Assembly (NCBI GenBank): GCA_043228905.1
Contig: JBHGNT010000021.1
Span: 868,001 to 932,000, forward strand
Direction of reading: 5' to 3'
DNA from: Azolla caroliniana
Lineage: Eukaryota; Plantae; Polypodiophyta
Length of the DNA stretch: 64,000 bases
The position numbers were made by a program, and so were the translations under genes. How positions within the stretch are numbered: the stretch's first letter is position 1; each line of letters begins with the position of its first letter. Shown piece by piece: positions 26,784 to 41,872 of this stretch. Below the pieces are notes generated by a model that saw only the letters and a list, made by a program, of their open reading frames with translations, did no database searches and was not told the DNA's origin.

Positions 26784-29700
26784 GGCGCCCATTCATCCAT
26801 CATTCTGGCGCCCCCGCCAAGAACGAAAAAAAAGCTTCTCTCTGTTTTTTTTTAAAAACAAGTTAAAAAATAAATCAGCGTGAAATATCGATTAATCAAA
26901 AATATATATATATATATAAATAAAAAGGGCGGAGGGGTTTAAAAATGGTTGGTAAAATAGAAATAATTTTAGATAAAATAAAATACGAAAAAGAAAAAGA
27001 AAAGGAGATTTATTTATTTTCGAGTAAGAAAAATGGGAATTGGAGGAAAGGCGAACAAAGCAAAAACGCAAAAGTCACCTTTGCTTTTTTGTAACCGTTA
27101 CACACTGGGATCCTCCTCTGCTTCAATGGAAAAAGAGAAAAGAGAAAAGAGAGAGAGAGAGAGAGAGAGAGACTTCTTCATTTTCTTCTTCTTCTTCTTA
27201 TTCTATTCCTTTTTGAGAGAGAGAGAGAGAGATAAGAAAAAATTGAAGCGCGTTTTTGAATTTGAAAAATCGAACGCTAAGAATTCAGTAGCGATTGAAA
27301 TGAGAAAGTTCACGAGCCCCTCGAGAATCCATCCATCACACCTTGCAACCATGATCTACTCTCTTTCTCTCTCTCTCTTTATGCATTCGATATGTCTGAG
27401 TCTGCTCCCCACACTTACGATCGGTAGACCCCTGGTCCCCATGCTCATGCTCATTTCCCTCCCGATCGCAACAATGCTCATCGGTGAAATTTCTCGAATG
27501 TCATGAGTCATGGCTTCATACCTGCACGCACGAAAAAGTTGGTTCACCTTTTCGTCTTGTGGATCATATGTGACCTCCGAGAACTATAATAAAATTTGTT
27601 TATCTCTACCTCACTTTCGCTCAACCCCATCCCTGGCCAATCTCTCTCACATATGCGAAATGTAATATTTTTGGTCTCATAGGTTATATTTAACCTCCAA
27701 AGATAATAATAGAATCTATCTATATCTTTCTATCATACACACACACACACATTCTATGCATATCGATTTCACTAAGAACAATGCACCATGCATAGGATGA
27801 ATAGAAATCAATCACTCACAATACATCTATTGGTAATTGATTGATATTAGTAGGCCTGGGTAGCGAGGAGTGCAAAGAATGTAACGAACAATTATATTCA
27901 TGTCTTAAAAAGACCAAAGAAGTTACCTATGACACAGACACCTTCACTTATTTGGATTCCACCTCAATATAACAATAATTACATTCTTTTTTGTGCATTG
28001 GTTTCACCCGCGTCTTCAACATGTACAATATTTTGTTGTGTAGTGATCGTAAGCCTCACACGTTCATTTCTACCTCGAGGAGGTTGCATTGTCCTCTTTC
28101 ATGTGAATATCAATTAATGCAACAATTCACATTTCCCTCACGAGTGTGTGCATTCAATAACCACCCTACCCTAGCTCATCGATTTCTCATGATCCATAAA
28201 AAGCTCAACTCACATCCAACACAATCTTCAAGGTGGAATGAGGTTCAGATTATCTCAATCGAAGAAAATAAGAAATGGTTTCATATTATGCCAAGAGAAA
28301 GAAATTTCCTTTTTGAGCAAAAAATAATAATCTCACGCTATGACATTTCATGCATTGTTGTTTGCACAAAAAGAGCTAATCAAAACAAAAAAGTTGAGAA
28401 ATGTGTCAATGTTTTTTGCCATTGTGGTTTTCTATCGACGACACAATGAAGCCTAAGGTAGGGGCATAAAAAGGTTTGAGCATTTTTCCTGATGTTTGCA
28501 CTTACATTTTATCATCTAGTTAGTTGCTAGTTCCCTTGCATTATTTGATTTATATTGCCTATTTGGGTTAAGAGTATGTGATGTTTTATGGCTCAAATGT
28601 TTCACAAATTTCTGCAATCCTCGTTATAGATCGGATTTTGTTGCATTTGTTGTTGTGCCATGACAAAGATACTTGTTGTCGAAAGTAGTTTGTTATAATA
28701 CATACTCTCATGGGGAAGGGACTTTGTGGTGTTCCGCTTGTTGCCTCCTTACAATCAAATACTCAAATTTCTCAAAGAAACCACCATGGATGGAAAAAAT
28801 GGAGTGTGTGCCACTATATAGGATGAAAATGAGGAAGGTTTCAACCTTATTAAGTGCTATAATGTCCATAAAAATCAGCCAATTTCTACTCTAACACCTC
28901 AATGCATTTCTTGGAAAATTTTACAAAGCAACTTTGTTGTTCCAACTTCCAATTGCATAATTCCCATTTTTAGTTGTCATGCAATAACAACCCGAGTCAT
29001 GCAAAGGAAGAGTATGCTCAATTCCGCCTTTCTAAGAACATGGTAAAAGTGTGCATGTGTAGTGAACCTACACGTGATGGACAATCACTTTGTTGTGTGT
29101 TTCTTACTAAACAATTTCCCACGAACATGTACACAAGCAATGACAAATTTAGTTTAACCATCCATGACATCTTATCAATCCTTGGTATTTTTACAATTCC
29201 ACATAGATTATGGAGTTGCTTTATTTTAACTTGTATGTGATTCGTGTACCAATGGATTTTGCTTTTGATAACAGAGTTGATTGAACCATGTGTTTGCTTA
29301 TCCTATTGGGAAAGTTGGAGAGCATGAGAGTTATTCATTTACAAACATAATATACTTTGGTTGTTGATGATCAAACCTTTAGTAAAGGAACTGATTGACT
29401 TGAAAGTATGTATAGTATACTCAATGACTAGATGTGCCAAGATAGATATATACATATTTCCATCAATGATCACCAAATGATCAATGATGTACTCTCTCTA
29501 TACTCAAGCTATAACCCCATTGTCTTTTCATGTTCTCTTTACCCATACAAAATAGGTATCATTCATGTAATATTTAGCTACTTCTTCGGCTTCTTCTCGT
29601 TAACTTCTTATAGTTGTCTGCATGAATTTGTAGCATTTAAGTCATAAATTTTTTATTGTCATTTGCCCATATTCAACATGTCAATAGGTATGTTTCGTTG

Positions 29701-32504
29701 TTCATGTGAACACGTGTTTAATGCTAGGCTCACTTTTGCTCGTTGCCAATGGTTAGAGACTTTCGTGTGTTGCTTTTGGAATGGATAAATGTTTGGAAAT
29801 TGCATCACTTTGTGGGGTTGAAATGAGATTTTTATTTCCTTTTTGCTTATTGTAGTGTAAATCCAAGCTACTTAAATGTGTTGTGTAAGATAATGATGAG
29901 GCATCATTTCTAGAGAACCATCCGAGAACATTATGGCTCATGTGTACCGGTACAATAAGAAATGAAAATGAATACTTTTACATGACAGCAAAATATTTTA
30001 GAGTTTCAAATGATGTGTGAAACACTGTGAAAGAAATCAAGTCATTTGATCTTCCAAACATGTCCACATTGAGGCAACGTGTGTGTGCACATAATGATGT
30101 TCTCGCATTTTAGGCTAATCCCCCTCCCCCCATTACTCATTTATTGCCATGTTCACCATCTTCCCAACCTTATATTAACATGCCCTTAGACTAAAATATT
30201 GGTATACTTACTTACAACAAGGTCATACATCACATACAAAAGCAAGATATGCTTACAAGGTTTCTATGCATGTCCAATGCATGGGGGGGGTCATTCATAG
30301 TGTGATTTCTACTAGATATATATCAAGGGAGTGTGATTTCATAAAGAGTTGAGGGGGTGAGATGGTCGAGTGTTGGTATACGAGGCATTCCATGAAAGAG
30401 TGATATTTACATTTTGTAGTTTGCACTACTAGGGGAGGTTCATGTCGACATGGATGATAATGAATCAAATGATTATGTAATGTAGATTCGCAACATGTTG
30501 TGGATGTACCTTTTGAACTTTGATAAGTACTTCTACAATATGATGTGAATGATGCTTGGCATATGAGAATCAATAGTTGGTGTGGAAATGGATTGCAAAA
30601 TCTTGCATTATTAGGAAGTTTTGATGATCTAAGATATTGTCTCCCCCTCTTTTCCTTTCAATATATAAATTATCCTTTGTTTCTAAGTACTGTAACCAAT
30701 TTCGAAGTAGATTGGTTTTCAAATAGTAGGCTCAAAGGGGGAAAGTCATTGTTAGAACTTCGGAACCATTTATTGACCATCTACATTTGATGATTTTGTG
30801 GTTAAAAGAGCCCAAGTAATGAGCATCATGAAATGACTTGAGTACTTAGTGTCGACACCAATCTTCTCCATTTCACACAATAGTAAAAGGAATGCCCAAA
30901 AACTTGGATGTACATAGAACATCATATCATATATAAATCAAGTAACACATTTTAATTAGTAGGATTGCATGAGAATGCGTGTCAATTTTCAATCAACGGG
31001 ATGTGTTGTCAAACATGGTAATGCAAACACCAATACTTTGGGATGTTTTTTGTAATACAATGATTACTCATAATATGTGAAAGGGACTCTCTTGTAGAGG
31101 AATATGGATGTTCTCACAAACACAAATTTGTTCTCACATGAGGTTGTTTGAGTGTTAAAATGGTTCATACAAGCACTAAGGATTGGACTTCACAAACAAG
31201 AAGCGTCATCAATAACATATATTACAAACCCTCTAGGCTCTAGGAGACAAATTCACACACAATAGGCATGATTACCTATGGGATATAGCAACAAGCACCG
31301 AAGACTAGGAGATGTTAAAATAAAACTGCAAAATTTATCACACAATGTGTCTTAGTTTTATCCTTGAGTTCTCACTTACGTACATTGCAAAGATAGATTA
31401 CAACAATGGTGGTGCATACTCATAGAGTGTGATTTCACCATTAAATCCCATGTCCCTAAATACGTACAAATACTTTATATCCTACCAATAAATGTGTCGG
31501 TCCATATCGTATTACTCGAGTACTTCTTTCCCAATTAACTCCAAACTTCTTGACTAAGCTAGCCAAAATATAATTTGAGCCAAATTTTTCTCATTGTGAT
31601 ATTTACATATCTTTACATATGTGTTGACAACTACCAAAGAAACCATGCAATTTATCATATCACAAGACATTTCACTATGTGGGAAAGAATCCGGAAAACA
31701 TGAATCAACAAATGCACAAGATTAGCGTGTGAACACAACATACACACATGTCTCGTACACATGCCCTTAAATGATAACAACAATATTGTTATTAATATTA
31801 ATAGTGACTTAGTTGCAATTCTCATTTTATGTGCATTGCCAATGGAACACCAAATAAAAGTGAAAATAGGCTATAATTATTATGAACATACCTAGAGCCT
31901 ATAAACTCGCCACGATTAGAAAAGGGAGTGAACGGAATGTCACATATAAGTAAAAGAGTTTGTGTAACCTATTTTAAATACACAGAATTATTAGCCATAT
32001 TGTCAAATATAGGCAACAATGAAAAACAAAAGTAGTCCCACAACTTGAACTTCTTATTGTGAAGTGAGTGTCTTCATCGATTTATGTTATTGGAGCATGC
32101 CATGATATTTTATGAAGAGACTTTATAGGTTCGTATACTGTAATCAACTCTTTCCCTTTTAGATTGGTTGGGTGGATCATGTAGCTTATGGTCTTTTGTG
32201 TGAAACCATTAAATCCAATGCAAATCATATGATTTCAGTTTTGCTTCCAATAATGATGAATGCAAATGTATGTGTAATAAGACATTTATGAAAATATGGT
32301 TGAGTACTTATCACCTTAATGTTGAAAGCAAATCATTTTGTACAATAGATTAAATGGAACAATAAATCACCGCCGGCCATTAGTGTGATGTTCATACTAG
32401 AAGTTGCCAATATTTTTCTTTTGCTTTTATGTGATGGTTTATCACCGGCCTTGACCTGTGTGTCATACAAATATGTTAACCATTTATATGAGTAATAAAA
32501 ACAA

Positions 32505-33615
32505 GGGAAAAGTACCAGGATACCCCTGGAAGTTTGTCTATTTACTAGAATGCCCTTGGAAGTTCCAAATTTACCAAACTACCCCTATGTCCAAAAAAAT
32601 ACACTTTATAAAGTAATTACACACTGAAATCTACAAGCCCTATTTACCAGAATACCCTTAAACCTAAACTTATTTACCATAATGCCACTATATATCTATT
32701 CTGACCAATTTATACCACTTTTATTTTTCAAAATACATCATAAATCAAACTAAATTATCAAAATTAAATTATATATCAAAAAATTCAATTGAAAGGTCAC
32801 CTTAAAATCCAATTCTATGAATTTACACCGAGTTATACTGGCTTAATCCGATAAAACCAAAATTTGTGATTGAAGTGACCAAAATTTAATCTTAAAACCA
32901 AAACATTTGATCGCACACCAAATTTTACCATTGGGATGCCATTTTGAAGCCAAATTCCATGAATTTGCGGATTCACAAACAATTTGCGGCCAAAATGTTA
33001 AACCAAATCTCACGAAAAACTTTACTACCAAAATGTCATTTTAAACGAAATCTCACATAACACTTTGCTATTAAAATGCTATCTTAAACCAAATTTCATG
33101 ATTTTACACTCGCAAACCAAAATTAATTATCGAAATGTAATAATTACATGTTATCGAAATTGTTTGTGAATTCGCAAATTCATGGATTTTGGCTTCAAAA
33201 TGGCATCCCAATGGTAAAATTTGGTGTGTGATCAAATGTTTTGGTTTTAAGATTAAATTTTGGTCACTTCAATCACAAATTTTGGTTTTATGGGATTAAG
33301 CCAGTATAACTCGGTGTAAATTCATAGAATTGGATTTTAAGGTGACCTTTCAATTGAATTTTTTGATAATTTAGTTTGATTTATGATGTATTTTGAAAAA
33401 TAAAAGTGGTATAGATTGGTTAAATAGGTATATAGTGGCATTATGGTAAATAAGTTTAGGTTTAAGGGTATTCTAGTAAATAGGGCTTGTAGATTTCAAT
33501 GTATAATTACTTTATAAAGTGTATTGTTTTGGACATAGGGGTTTGGTAAATTTGGAATTCCAGGGGCATTTTGGTAAATAGACGAACTTCCAGGGGGTAT
33601 CCCGGTACTTTTCCC
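32505..33615. mobile_element. Non-autonomous Mutator-like foldback element with very long TIRs
   Basis: It starts GGGAAAAGTACC and ends GGTACTTTTCCC. Arms at about 32505-32985 and 33158-33615 are near-perfect reverse complements. An identical 9-bp TSD, TAAAAACAA, lies at 32496-32504 and 33616-33624. Confidence 0.95.
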
Positions 33616-34769
33616 TAAAAACAATGTTAATTTTTATTGTTAATATAACATTAAACCAAGAGCACACATGCTTTTAAATCAATAAGCGACGTTCAAACAT
33701 GCGTGCATCAACATAATACAACAAGAATGTTGAAGGGAAGGGAGGGCACTTTGGACAACACAAACATTACTCCACTTCACCACATTAAGGACCCTTTTTA
33801 GTGGGATGATAAGAGTATATAAAGGAATGGATGATCAAAGTAGATTTTCATAGTAGTCAAAGCTTGTCATACATGGAGAGTTGACCATTTGCACATATTT
33901 TTTAATTTTAGGGAAGGAGCATCTGAAAGTTTCCCTAAGCAACAAAGTAGCAAATTACAAGAGTTAGTGGAACAAGGCCCTACAATGGCGTAAATCTCAG
34001 GGGAACAATCATCTATCATTGAAATCACTCTAAAGGCATCGATTGATCCAAACAGTCATTTTTAATTAGTACTTTCCATTTCCAATATGAGATGTTAAAC
34101 TCCTATTCAATTGTTGAATTTGGTAGTGTTAATGAATGCAATAGAGGGGGTCAAGGGGTGGAGAAGGAAATATGATGGGCGATGACAGGAATGATGACAA
34201 TGGGAGAGAGATGGGTATGTGGAAGGTACACCATAAAATAAATGAAGTGAAAGGTAAAAGAAGAGAAGGGATGAAAAACAAGCAACTAAGCCAAACAAAG
34301 AATATGAGTAAAGGACATGGCACATTAGATGCCCTTGGGGTTGAACCACAAGGAACAAAAAATGGACTGGAGAAACAACCATCTAATGTGGCAACAAGAT
34401 GAGCGGAACAACAATACAACCAATTGTCAGAGGGGGGAGCACGAATTTGCAGGAACCAAAGATAAGCAAACACACATAAGTCAATTAGAGTAGGAATTCT
34501 ACATTAGGGCACCAAAAGTCTAAAGATAGATAGATATTTTTAGTGTCCATAGAGAAGCCAACATTGAAGTGACAAATGGAACCTTTAGCACAAAATTTTT
34601 CTTGATGTGTGTCTCCTTCCTAAGAAGGGATATTCATACTTCAAAGCACCAAGTCTCGATGTGTGAATAAGGCATACACATATGAGCTCAACCTTCTAGG
34701 TGTTCTCTTTCGTATGATACTCAAGACATCACCCCCTCTTAATATATCATCATAGCTTTCATGACACTC

Positions 34770-34805
34770 AAGAAGAAGAAGAAGAAGAAGAAGAAGAAGA
34801 AGAAG
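34770..34805. repeat. (GAA)n microsatellite
   Basis: Run of aag/gaa triplets. Confidence 0.9.
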
Positions 34806-36426
34806 GTGAAACATAATTCGAACCACAACAAGACAACTAGTGAAGATATAGAAGATAATGAAGAGGCTCATAAGAAAGCAAAAGACATGATCAATAGTGC
34901 TAGAGTGGGTGTGAAAGAAGTGGGATGGTTTGCAAAATCATATCAACTGGGGATACTACTATTTTGCCCTAGTCTCGCAAAAAATGGCAGAATACACCCA
35001 CAAATCTCATGAAGAGGTCAACACAATAGAGATGGTTCAACAAAATAGCGCAAGTAAAAGATAGCTCATGTATAACCATCAAAATTTTCAAGTCAACAAA
35101 GTGCGACCGACTCATTCACACAAATCCTCAATTATGGTAGATTTGAATCACGTTTCCTCTAAAGTGAGTGAGATGCATGAGCTGTGTCATAGTTGTGATT
35201 CTATCACAAACATAGTGCACATGCACAATTGCTTGGTTGAATTGTAATAGCATACATAAGTACCATAGATTTCCTAATAGTATAATTTATGATTGTAACC
35301 TCCATTTCATTTGAAGCTTCAATATTAGACATACCAACCATTATGTTTGGTTATATAACCATTTATGAAATCATTGATGTCCTTGCTTATGTCAACATCT
35401 GTAATCCCACTTTGTAACATGAAATCGTGTGAATGCTATCTAAACCAAAATTTTCAGAAACAAAAATTCTTAACTCTATGATTATACATTTCCTCTAAGA
35501 CCATGCAATCGGGAATCGGCTAGTTTATGATGAAGTTTCTTGAAGAAATTATCATTTACTAGTTAGTGAAGAGAAGCAAGAAATATAGCATAAGGGAAGG
35601 CAAAGATTACTCAAGATTGAGTCATTCAAAAACATATGTATGCTTCACTTGTTTAAACTTCTTGACATAACCGAACGATGACCCTTGTAAGTCTCATTTT
35701 CTCAATGATACAAATCTGAGCAATCATTTGAATGAAAAGAACAGTTCTTCAAGTTGGCATTCTGTAATATATTTGATAAACCCATTATTACCGACAATTT
35801 GAGCTTTATGCAAGGGGGTTTATTTTCTACCATGTAACTAACCAAAATTAGGGGAAGTCAATGGATACTTTCTGATGCCAAGAAATATAATCATATTGAA
35901 ACTTTTGAGCTTCTTGCTAGCATTAACTGTTGGTGCCCACATTAACTGTCAATTTAAATATGAACACTTATTCCACCCCACTTCCAAGAAAAGAAGCTAG
36001 CACAATTACCCAATTGGTTTAACCCCAAAAGTCTTGAATGGGTTCAAACTAAAGTGAACACTTAGCCAATTGATTCAACTCGGAGGTGCGAATTGTCACC
36101 TATCGAATAAGCAACATAATGTTGTGTGGGTTATGGTTGGGTATGAAGAGAAAATAATAATTTAGGTGAAAAAATAGCCAAATGTGCAAACGGATCCAGC
36201 ATACATTGGCTTGATTGTTTATATTCTCACTATATAGCTGATTGCAGACCAATTTTAACCCTTTAAATTTGTATTATAGCATTTTCTTAGAAACATGAAG
36301 ATTGACCATGACAACATTGTGGAAGAGTGAATACTACTTAATACATTAGTACAAAGGTGTAGCATATCCCTGACATCAACACGAGTAAAACAAAGATTGC
36401 ATTGTAATTATAAAATATGAGGCAGT

Positions 36427-39400
36427 TCAAGAGTTGAGAATTGCTGCTTCCAACCTGTGTGACTTGATGGAAGTTTGCTTACGATGGAATGCAACAAGAG
36501 CCCTAGTAGCGTTTATCAAAAGACGTTGCTCTGATGTTCCTTCAGAATATGTGTGTGTTGGTCCTGCATGCCTTGGCTTCAATTTGAGGTTCAAAATCCC
36601 CCTCTTTTGTACACCTTCTAGCACTTGTTCATATGTTGGGCATCCTCTTACAGCCAGGGCACCAATTTGGATCTCATAGTGAAGCTTAACTGAAGTGAAA
36701 TTTATCTGCAAGTACCACAATGACTAATATATTCAAAACTTATCTCCAGTTTCAATTTCTTTGATGCACAATGTGAAAGAACTCATTTCAATTACCAGGT
36801 TAGGTACTACAGATTGCACTGATGATATAGTTTCTACCAATAAATTGATCGTCTTAGTTTGTGCAATCATTACAGCATGAAGTCGTTCTATCTCTTCTGG
36901 AGCTGAACATGTATCATGAATACTACCTAGACAAGATTCAATTATTCCTAGAATAAGTTCAGCCAATTCTGGAACGCCCGACTTTTGATAATTAGTCGTG
37001 TTGCCTGCCCATTCACAAATTTGTATAAGACCTTTCCATAAATGCATCCATTGGATACTTTCGGACGTCAACTGCCATCCTTGTTGCCTAAGGGCATTGA
37101 AAATAAGAGGAATGAGGAGAGAAGCACGATGGAAGAGGTCTGGATCTAGTGAGCCACCTGGTGCTGTGTTCATAATGTCTATAACATAGCGTAGAATAAA
37201 ACACAAGACGCTATTGGAGCCTACACTGAGTGGCAATCCTGAAATTCCATGGATGGGCATTGTAACCTTGAAATTGTCACTGTCACAGAAGGCGAAAAAT
37301 TCTAGTGCCTCCTTTGTTTCCACCATGCACCTTAAGAGGTTCAAACCACATTTAACTTTCAGTACTTCAGGAGCATCAGCATCAGCATTTTGCATTTTAC
37401 ACAAAGCCAGGAAAGATCTAATGCACTGCATCCATAATGAAGCTACTGATTGTGTCAAGATGCCAGGGCTCTGAAAAGACAGATCATTTGAACTTGGCCA
37501 CAACTGCGTGCACACAATCACAATATAGTTTGAGGTTTTATTGACACATTTAGCATCAGCAAAAGGTTCTCCTGAGTATTAGAAAAACATTGATCATTGT
37601 CAATACCTGTGTCAATTTCATCAGTGAACTATGATATATAATGGAATATGCCAAGATTACCCCTGCAGTTGTGTTTAACCAGAACTCTTCTTGGCTACTG
37701 AGACCAGGGCCAGGAGGGATAGAATCTATTTCTTGTGAGACAGAACCACCTCCAAGAAAGCTTCCCATGAAATTGTATATAGAATTTGACAGTGACCAAA
37801 TCTGTGAGGTACTTGCAAGTGATAAATCCTGTGGAGTTTCTGCATATGCCATGAGTGATTGTGCAGTTTGGAGGAGAGGTGCTAGAGGAGAAGACGGATG
37901 TGCCAGACTATTTATGTAAACGTTTTCACCCTCTCTCCATGAGAGAAGTAGGATGAATATTAGGGTGGCATCAAGTTCAAGGCACCTTCTATCACCAGAC
38001 AGCTTTACTGACAAAGCAGCAAGAATGGCATTCATTATATTGTTTTGAAAGAAATAACTTGCAACAACATTTGTGTTTACGTTATCGGTCATGGTCAAAA
38101 TGGTAAAGTAGAACCTGTAGAATATACACGATTTTCAGATAAAAGACAAACAACTATTAAAAGTCATCAGAAAGCATGAAAAATGACTTCACACAAATGG
38201 ATCTAAATTAAAGTTCATAAGCATGTCTATATTGCAATCCTACGGACATAATCATTATGGGAGATAAAATCTGACAGGAATCCATCTGCTATCGTGAGGA
38301 ATATTCCATTTAACCTTTCTCCATATTCATATCATGCCCTCAGACAATTTGAGGTTTCATGGAGTTTTATTTCTTTCCCATATTTCAAATGTATATTTAT
38401 TAATCACTACATGGTGTTGGCTATATGGCAGGCTTTTGTGTTTAATCAGACTACTTTTGAATGTAAGCAAACCCTCTATTATAAAGGAATTTTGTGCATT
38501 CTATCCAAAATAGAAATGTAACTTCGTATGAAAAGGACAAGGATCATTGTCCACCTAATAAAATAGTAAGAAGATACTTGATGACTGAAGCGGAAGTTAA
38601 GAGCAAATAGGCATTGAAGAGGAGATATCCAGGCAGAGTGGGCGATGGATCAAGTCTCCTCCTATCACCCGCACCTATAAAAGCTTGGATATCACCCTAT
38701 TTGGGCATGAAAAAGGAGTGGCAAAGACAGAAAAGAAGGATTTGGAAACTATTTGTAATCCACCGCATAGATTATCAGTGATATTAACTACTATTCAGTA
38801 CCATCCCACCTCTGCCAAACTCTTTTTCCCCTCTTTATTCTTAAGTAATTAATTCCATGAGCATTGAGTGTCACCTAAGTAATTAATTACGTGATTAAGT
38901 ACAGTGTGCTGTTAAAACTTAAGTGTCTGAGAGAGTGATCGTCCAGCCATTATGCCATGTGCTGTACGCTTCAGCTGCCTTTGGCCGACTTGTTAACTGA
39001 CAGACCTAAATTGTGTGGCGCTTAGAAGACATTATGGTTTATACCTTGTGACCAGCCTCCTTGTTAAGAACTCGACCTCACCGGTGCTGCCCAAGGCCAA
39101 CCACGGATGGCCTATCAAAGACCCCACAATACCACAACCAGCACATGGTCTATTGTGCAAGGAATTTAATGCAGAAAATGAATATGTTTGTCCGTGACTT
39201 GATTGATTATTGTGGTTTTTTGTGCTCTTCTAAACAACTAAATCTGCACATAACAAGTGTGGGATCTGTATGGTGCTCAAAATGACGTATTAAGAGCTTC
39301 ACTTTGAACTTGATACCCAAAAATCATACAGCCATTATACAAGTTGAAAATATCTACTTCCAGTTAAAGTGTAAACGAGAGTAGCTTTACCACTTCATCA

Positions 39401-41872
39401 AACAAAATTAGAGTTGTTTATCAATTATCACAATCATGATTCTGTGAGTATTATCCCCCCCCCCCTCCCATAACCATGAAAAATCAATACAGCTGTAGTA
39501 TACAAATATACTTCATACATTTTAAATATGAAAATAAACCTTATATTTACCAAATTTCATTACTTTTCACCATTATTTTACATCCTCACACATTTACCTC
39601 AAAGATAAGGATTTCACAGGGATAGGGACATCGTCTCTCTGAAGTAAATTTGAGACTCTATTGATAAGTTTTGCAAAATATGAATCTGCATTTTCCATAG
39701 ATCCAGCAATCAAACCAATCACAGTAAGACCCTGTACAGAAATACAACATTACAATACACGTGAAAAGGAAATTCCCGTGGCTGCATAATTATCGATAGT
39801 AGGGTACATACTTGTTCACTGAACCTTTTCTTGAAGATTTCCTGGAATAGTACCATCAAGGTCTCCAGTGCATGAGCGACTCTGATGAAATTTCCGTCAT
39901 CCAAATACCTGGAGAGTTGAAGATCAAAACATGAATCACATAAGATGAATTTCAGTCTAATCAATTCTCCACATCGATGGAATAAATAAAGCTTCAATTT
40001 TATAAATAGAGAGAAGAAAAACATAGCTTCCAGGTTCCAATTATGCTATTTACATTCATGAATACCATATACAGCTTTTAATTGTTAAATAACATAGCTT
40101 CCAAGACGTACCGCAAGACTCATGGCTAAATGAGTTTTGTATGCTATTTGATTATCTTAGTCAGAAAATAACTGACACATTACTTGTTAGCCAAAAACGC
40201 ACTGTTAGATGCAGCATATATAGTCCAAGCCTTCCAGAAAATAACATAAAATTTTCGACTGCTTGAAAACTGAGCTCTACATCTTGCAAATCCTTGCTTG
40301 CCAATTCTGGCATAGAAACATTTAGAAATGACACACGACTATGAATTTTCTCCATAGCAAAAGAAACATAGTATACTCTATATCAGCGCCAGTTTACTGT
40401 CAGAGACAGAATCAGTATAATGTTTCAGAGTAAATGCAATACTCATGTGATTATGAATTTTCTCCATAGCAAAAGAAACCTAATATACTCTATATCGGCT
40501 CCAGTGTACTGTCAGAGACAGAACCAGTATAACATTTTAAAGTAAATGGGGTAATCATATGTGAGCTTGATTGCATTAAATAACTCATGCATACAATACT
40601 ATCATGACACAGGTTTTTTATTTTCTCTTACAAAGTACTATATTAATCAAAATATATTTATTTCCTGAAGGATTAGGACAAATCACAAACTATCTAGAGA
40701 GTTTGGACGAGCCAGTAGAGTACACAAGATATCAGGCCTATTCTGGGACAGGTTTATGATTGAGACAAAAGCATATACTACCGATTCAATATTGCTTGCA
40801 TTAACTTGTGCAGTTATCATTGTGAGCATGGTGTGCAAAGATATTGCACATTACAAAACGAGTTGTTCAGGCAAAAATGAATATGAATCTATATCTCCAA
40901 CTTACAAAGAGCAAGTTCCGAAAAGCTCGTTCAACACCAATTTCAAGTCCTTTTTTAGCTGTACTTCAGTAAGGTTTGAAATGCTTTGTATAAGAAATAC
41001 TTTGTTTACCTGTATAAATGTAGAAATAGCAACGCTCTCATATGGGAAGTTAGGATATTTTGATACATAAAATAAAATTCATATCAATCGTTCATTAAAA
41101 TGTGTAGAGTAAGACAGGTTAAAAGGTAGATATAAAAAGATGTTCTTGAAAGATAGAAATGAGTGTGGAAAATGTTAAGGTTAAATAAATAATAGCATAC
41201 AATCAATTAGACACATGCACAAGAAGATTTATTATAGATCGTTGCGCAAGGACCAAGTGGTGTATTATTATTCTGTTGTACAAACAAGGCCACATTACCC
41301 TTGTTTCTTCAATGTCAAATCTTTACCAACGAATCTTAACATAATCTTTTGTATTTTGCAGTATGTAAGAAATAATATGCAAAATGATTAAATATATTCA
41401 CGAACTATGCTAAAAAGATAAGGCAAATGATTAGCAAAACATATTTTAATAGCTTATTTATTAGTTTTCTTATTATACAGCAGTATAGTGCCTAGTTGAG
41501 GTAAAGAGAAAAATTCGATTTCAAATTATAAGAAACCTACAGTAATGAATGGGATCCCAATGAGCACCATCTTACACTTGGGTATTTATGATAGATCAAT
41601 AAACCAATCAATAAAGCAAGGATAAGTAGGTAGATTATCCTCTCAGCCATAACAGGCATAATACCAGGGAATATAAAGCCACTTACTTTTAGTAGCAACA
41701 GTTCATCCCAAAACCTTGTCAATGCTGCCTGTCCTTGGATTCCAGAATCTTTCCTTGAATGAATTAAACTGCACCCTGAGAAAATCTCCTTGTATAAATG
41801 CACAAACTTCTCCTCCAAAGGCGGCTTGGTTCTTTGATTATTAGACATCATTGATTCCTGTGATTGTTGCAT
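36427..41872 (-). CDS. ARMH3: ARMH3/C10orf76-like armadillo-helical protein (DUF1741-type C-terminus), about 671 aa, 7 coding exons
   Basis: Exons 41872-41687, 41009-40906, 39908-39812, 39731-39598, 38114-37607, 37503-36796 and 36705-36427 join in phase (2016 nt). Motifs recalled from ARMH3: PLEEKFVHLYKEIF, RFWDELLLLKVN, IRVAHALETL, TMTDNVNTN, WMHLWKGLI and PTYEQVLEGVQKRGILNLKLK. Probable 5' UTR exons extend to about 42980. Confidence 0.8.
40340..40560. repeat. Intronic tandem duplication, about 112 bp x2
   Basis: tatgaattttctccatagcaaaagaaac...tactgtcagagacagaa.cagtataa...agtaaatg occurs twice. Confidence 0.85.

Noticed and set aside
27500-32490. Short ORFs in the long intergenic stretch
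   Set aside because: No motif could be assigned by eye. The region is probably decayed transposon DNA but this cannot be supported without a search.
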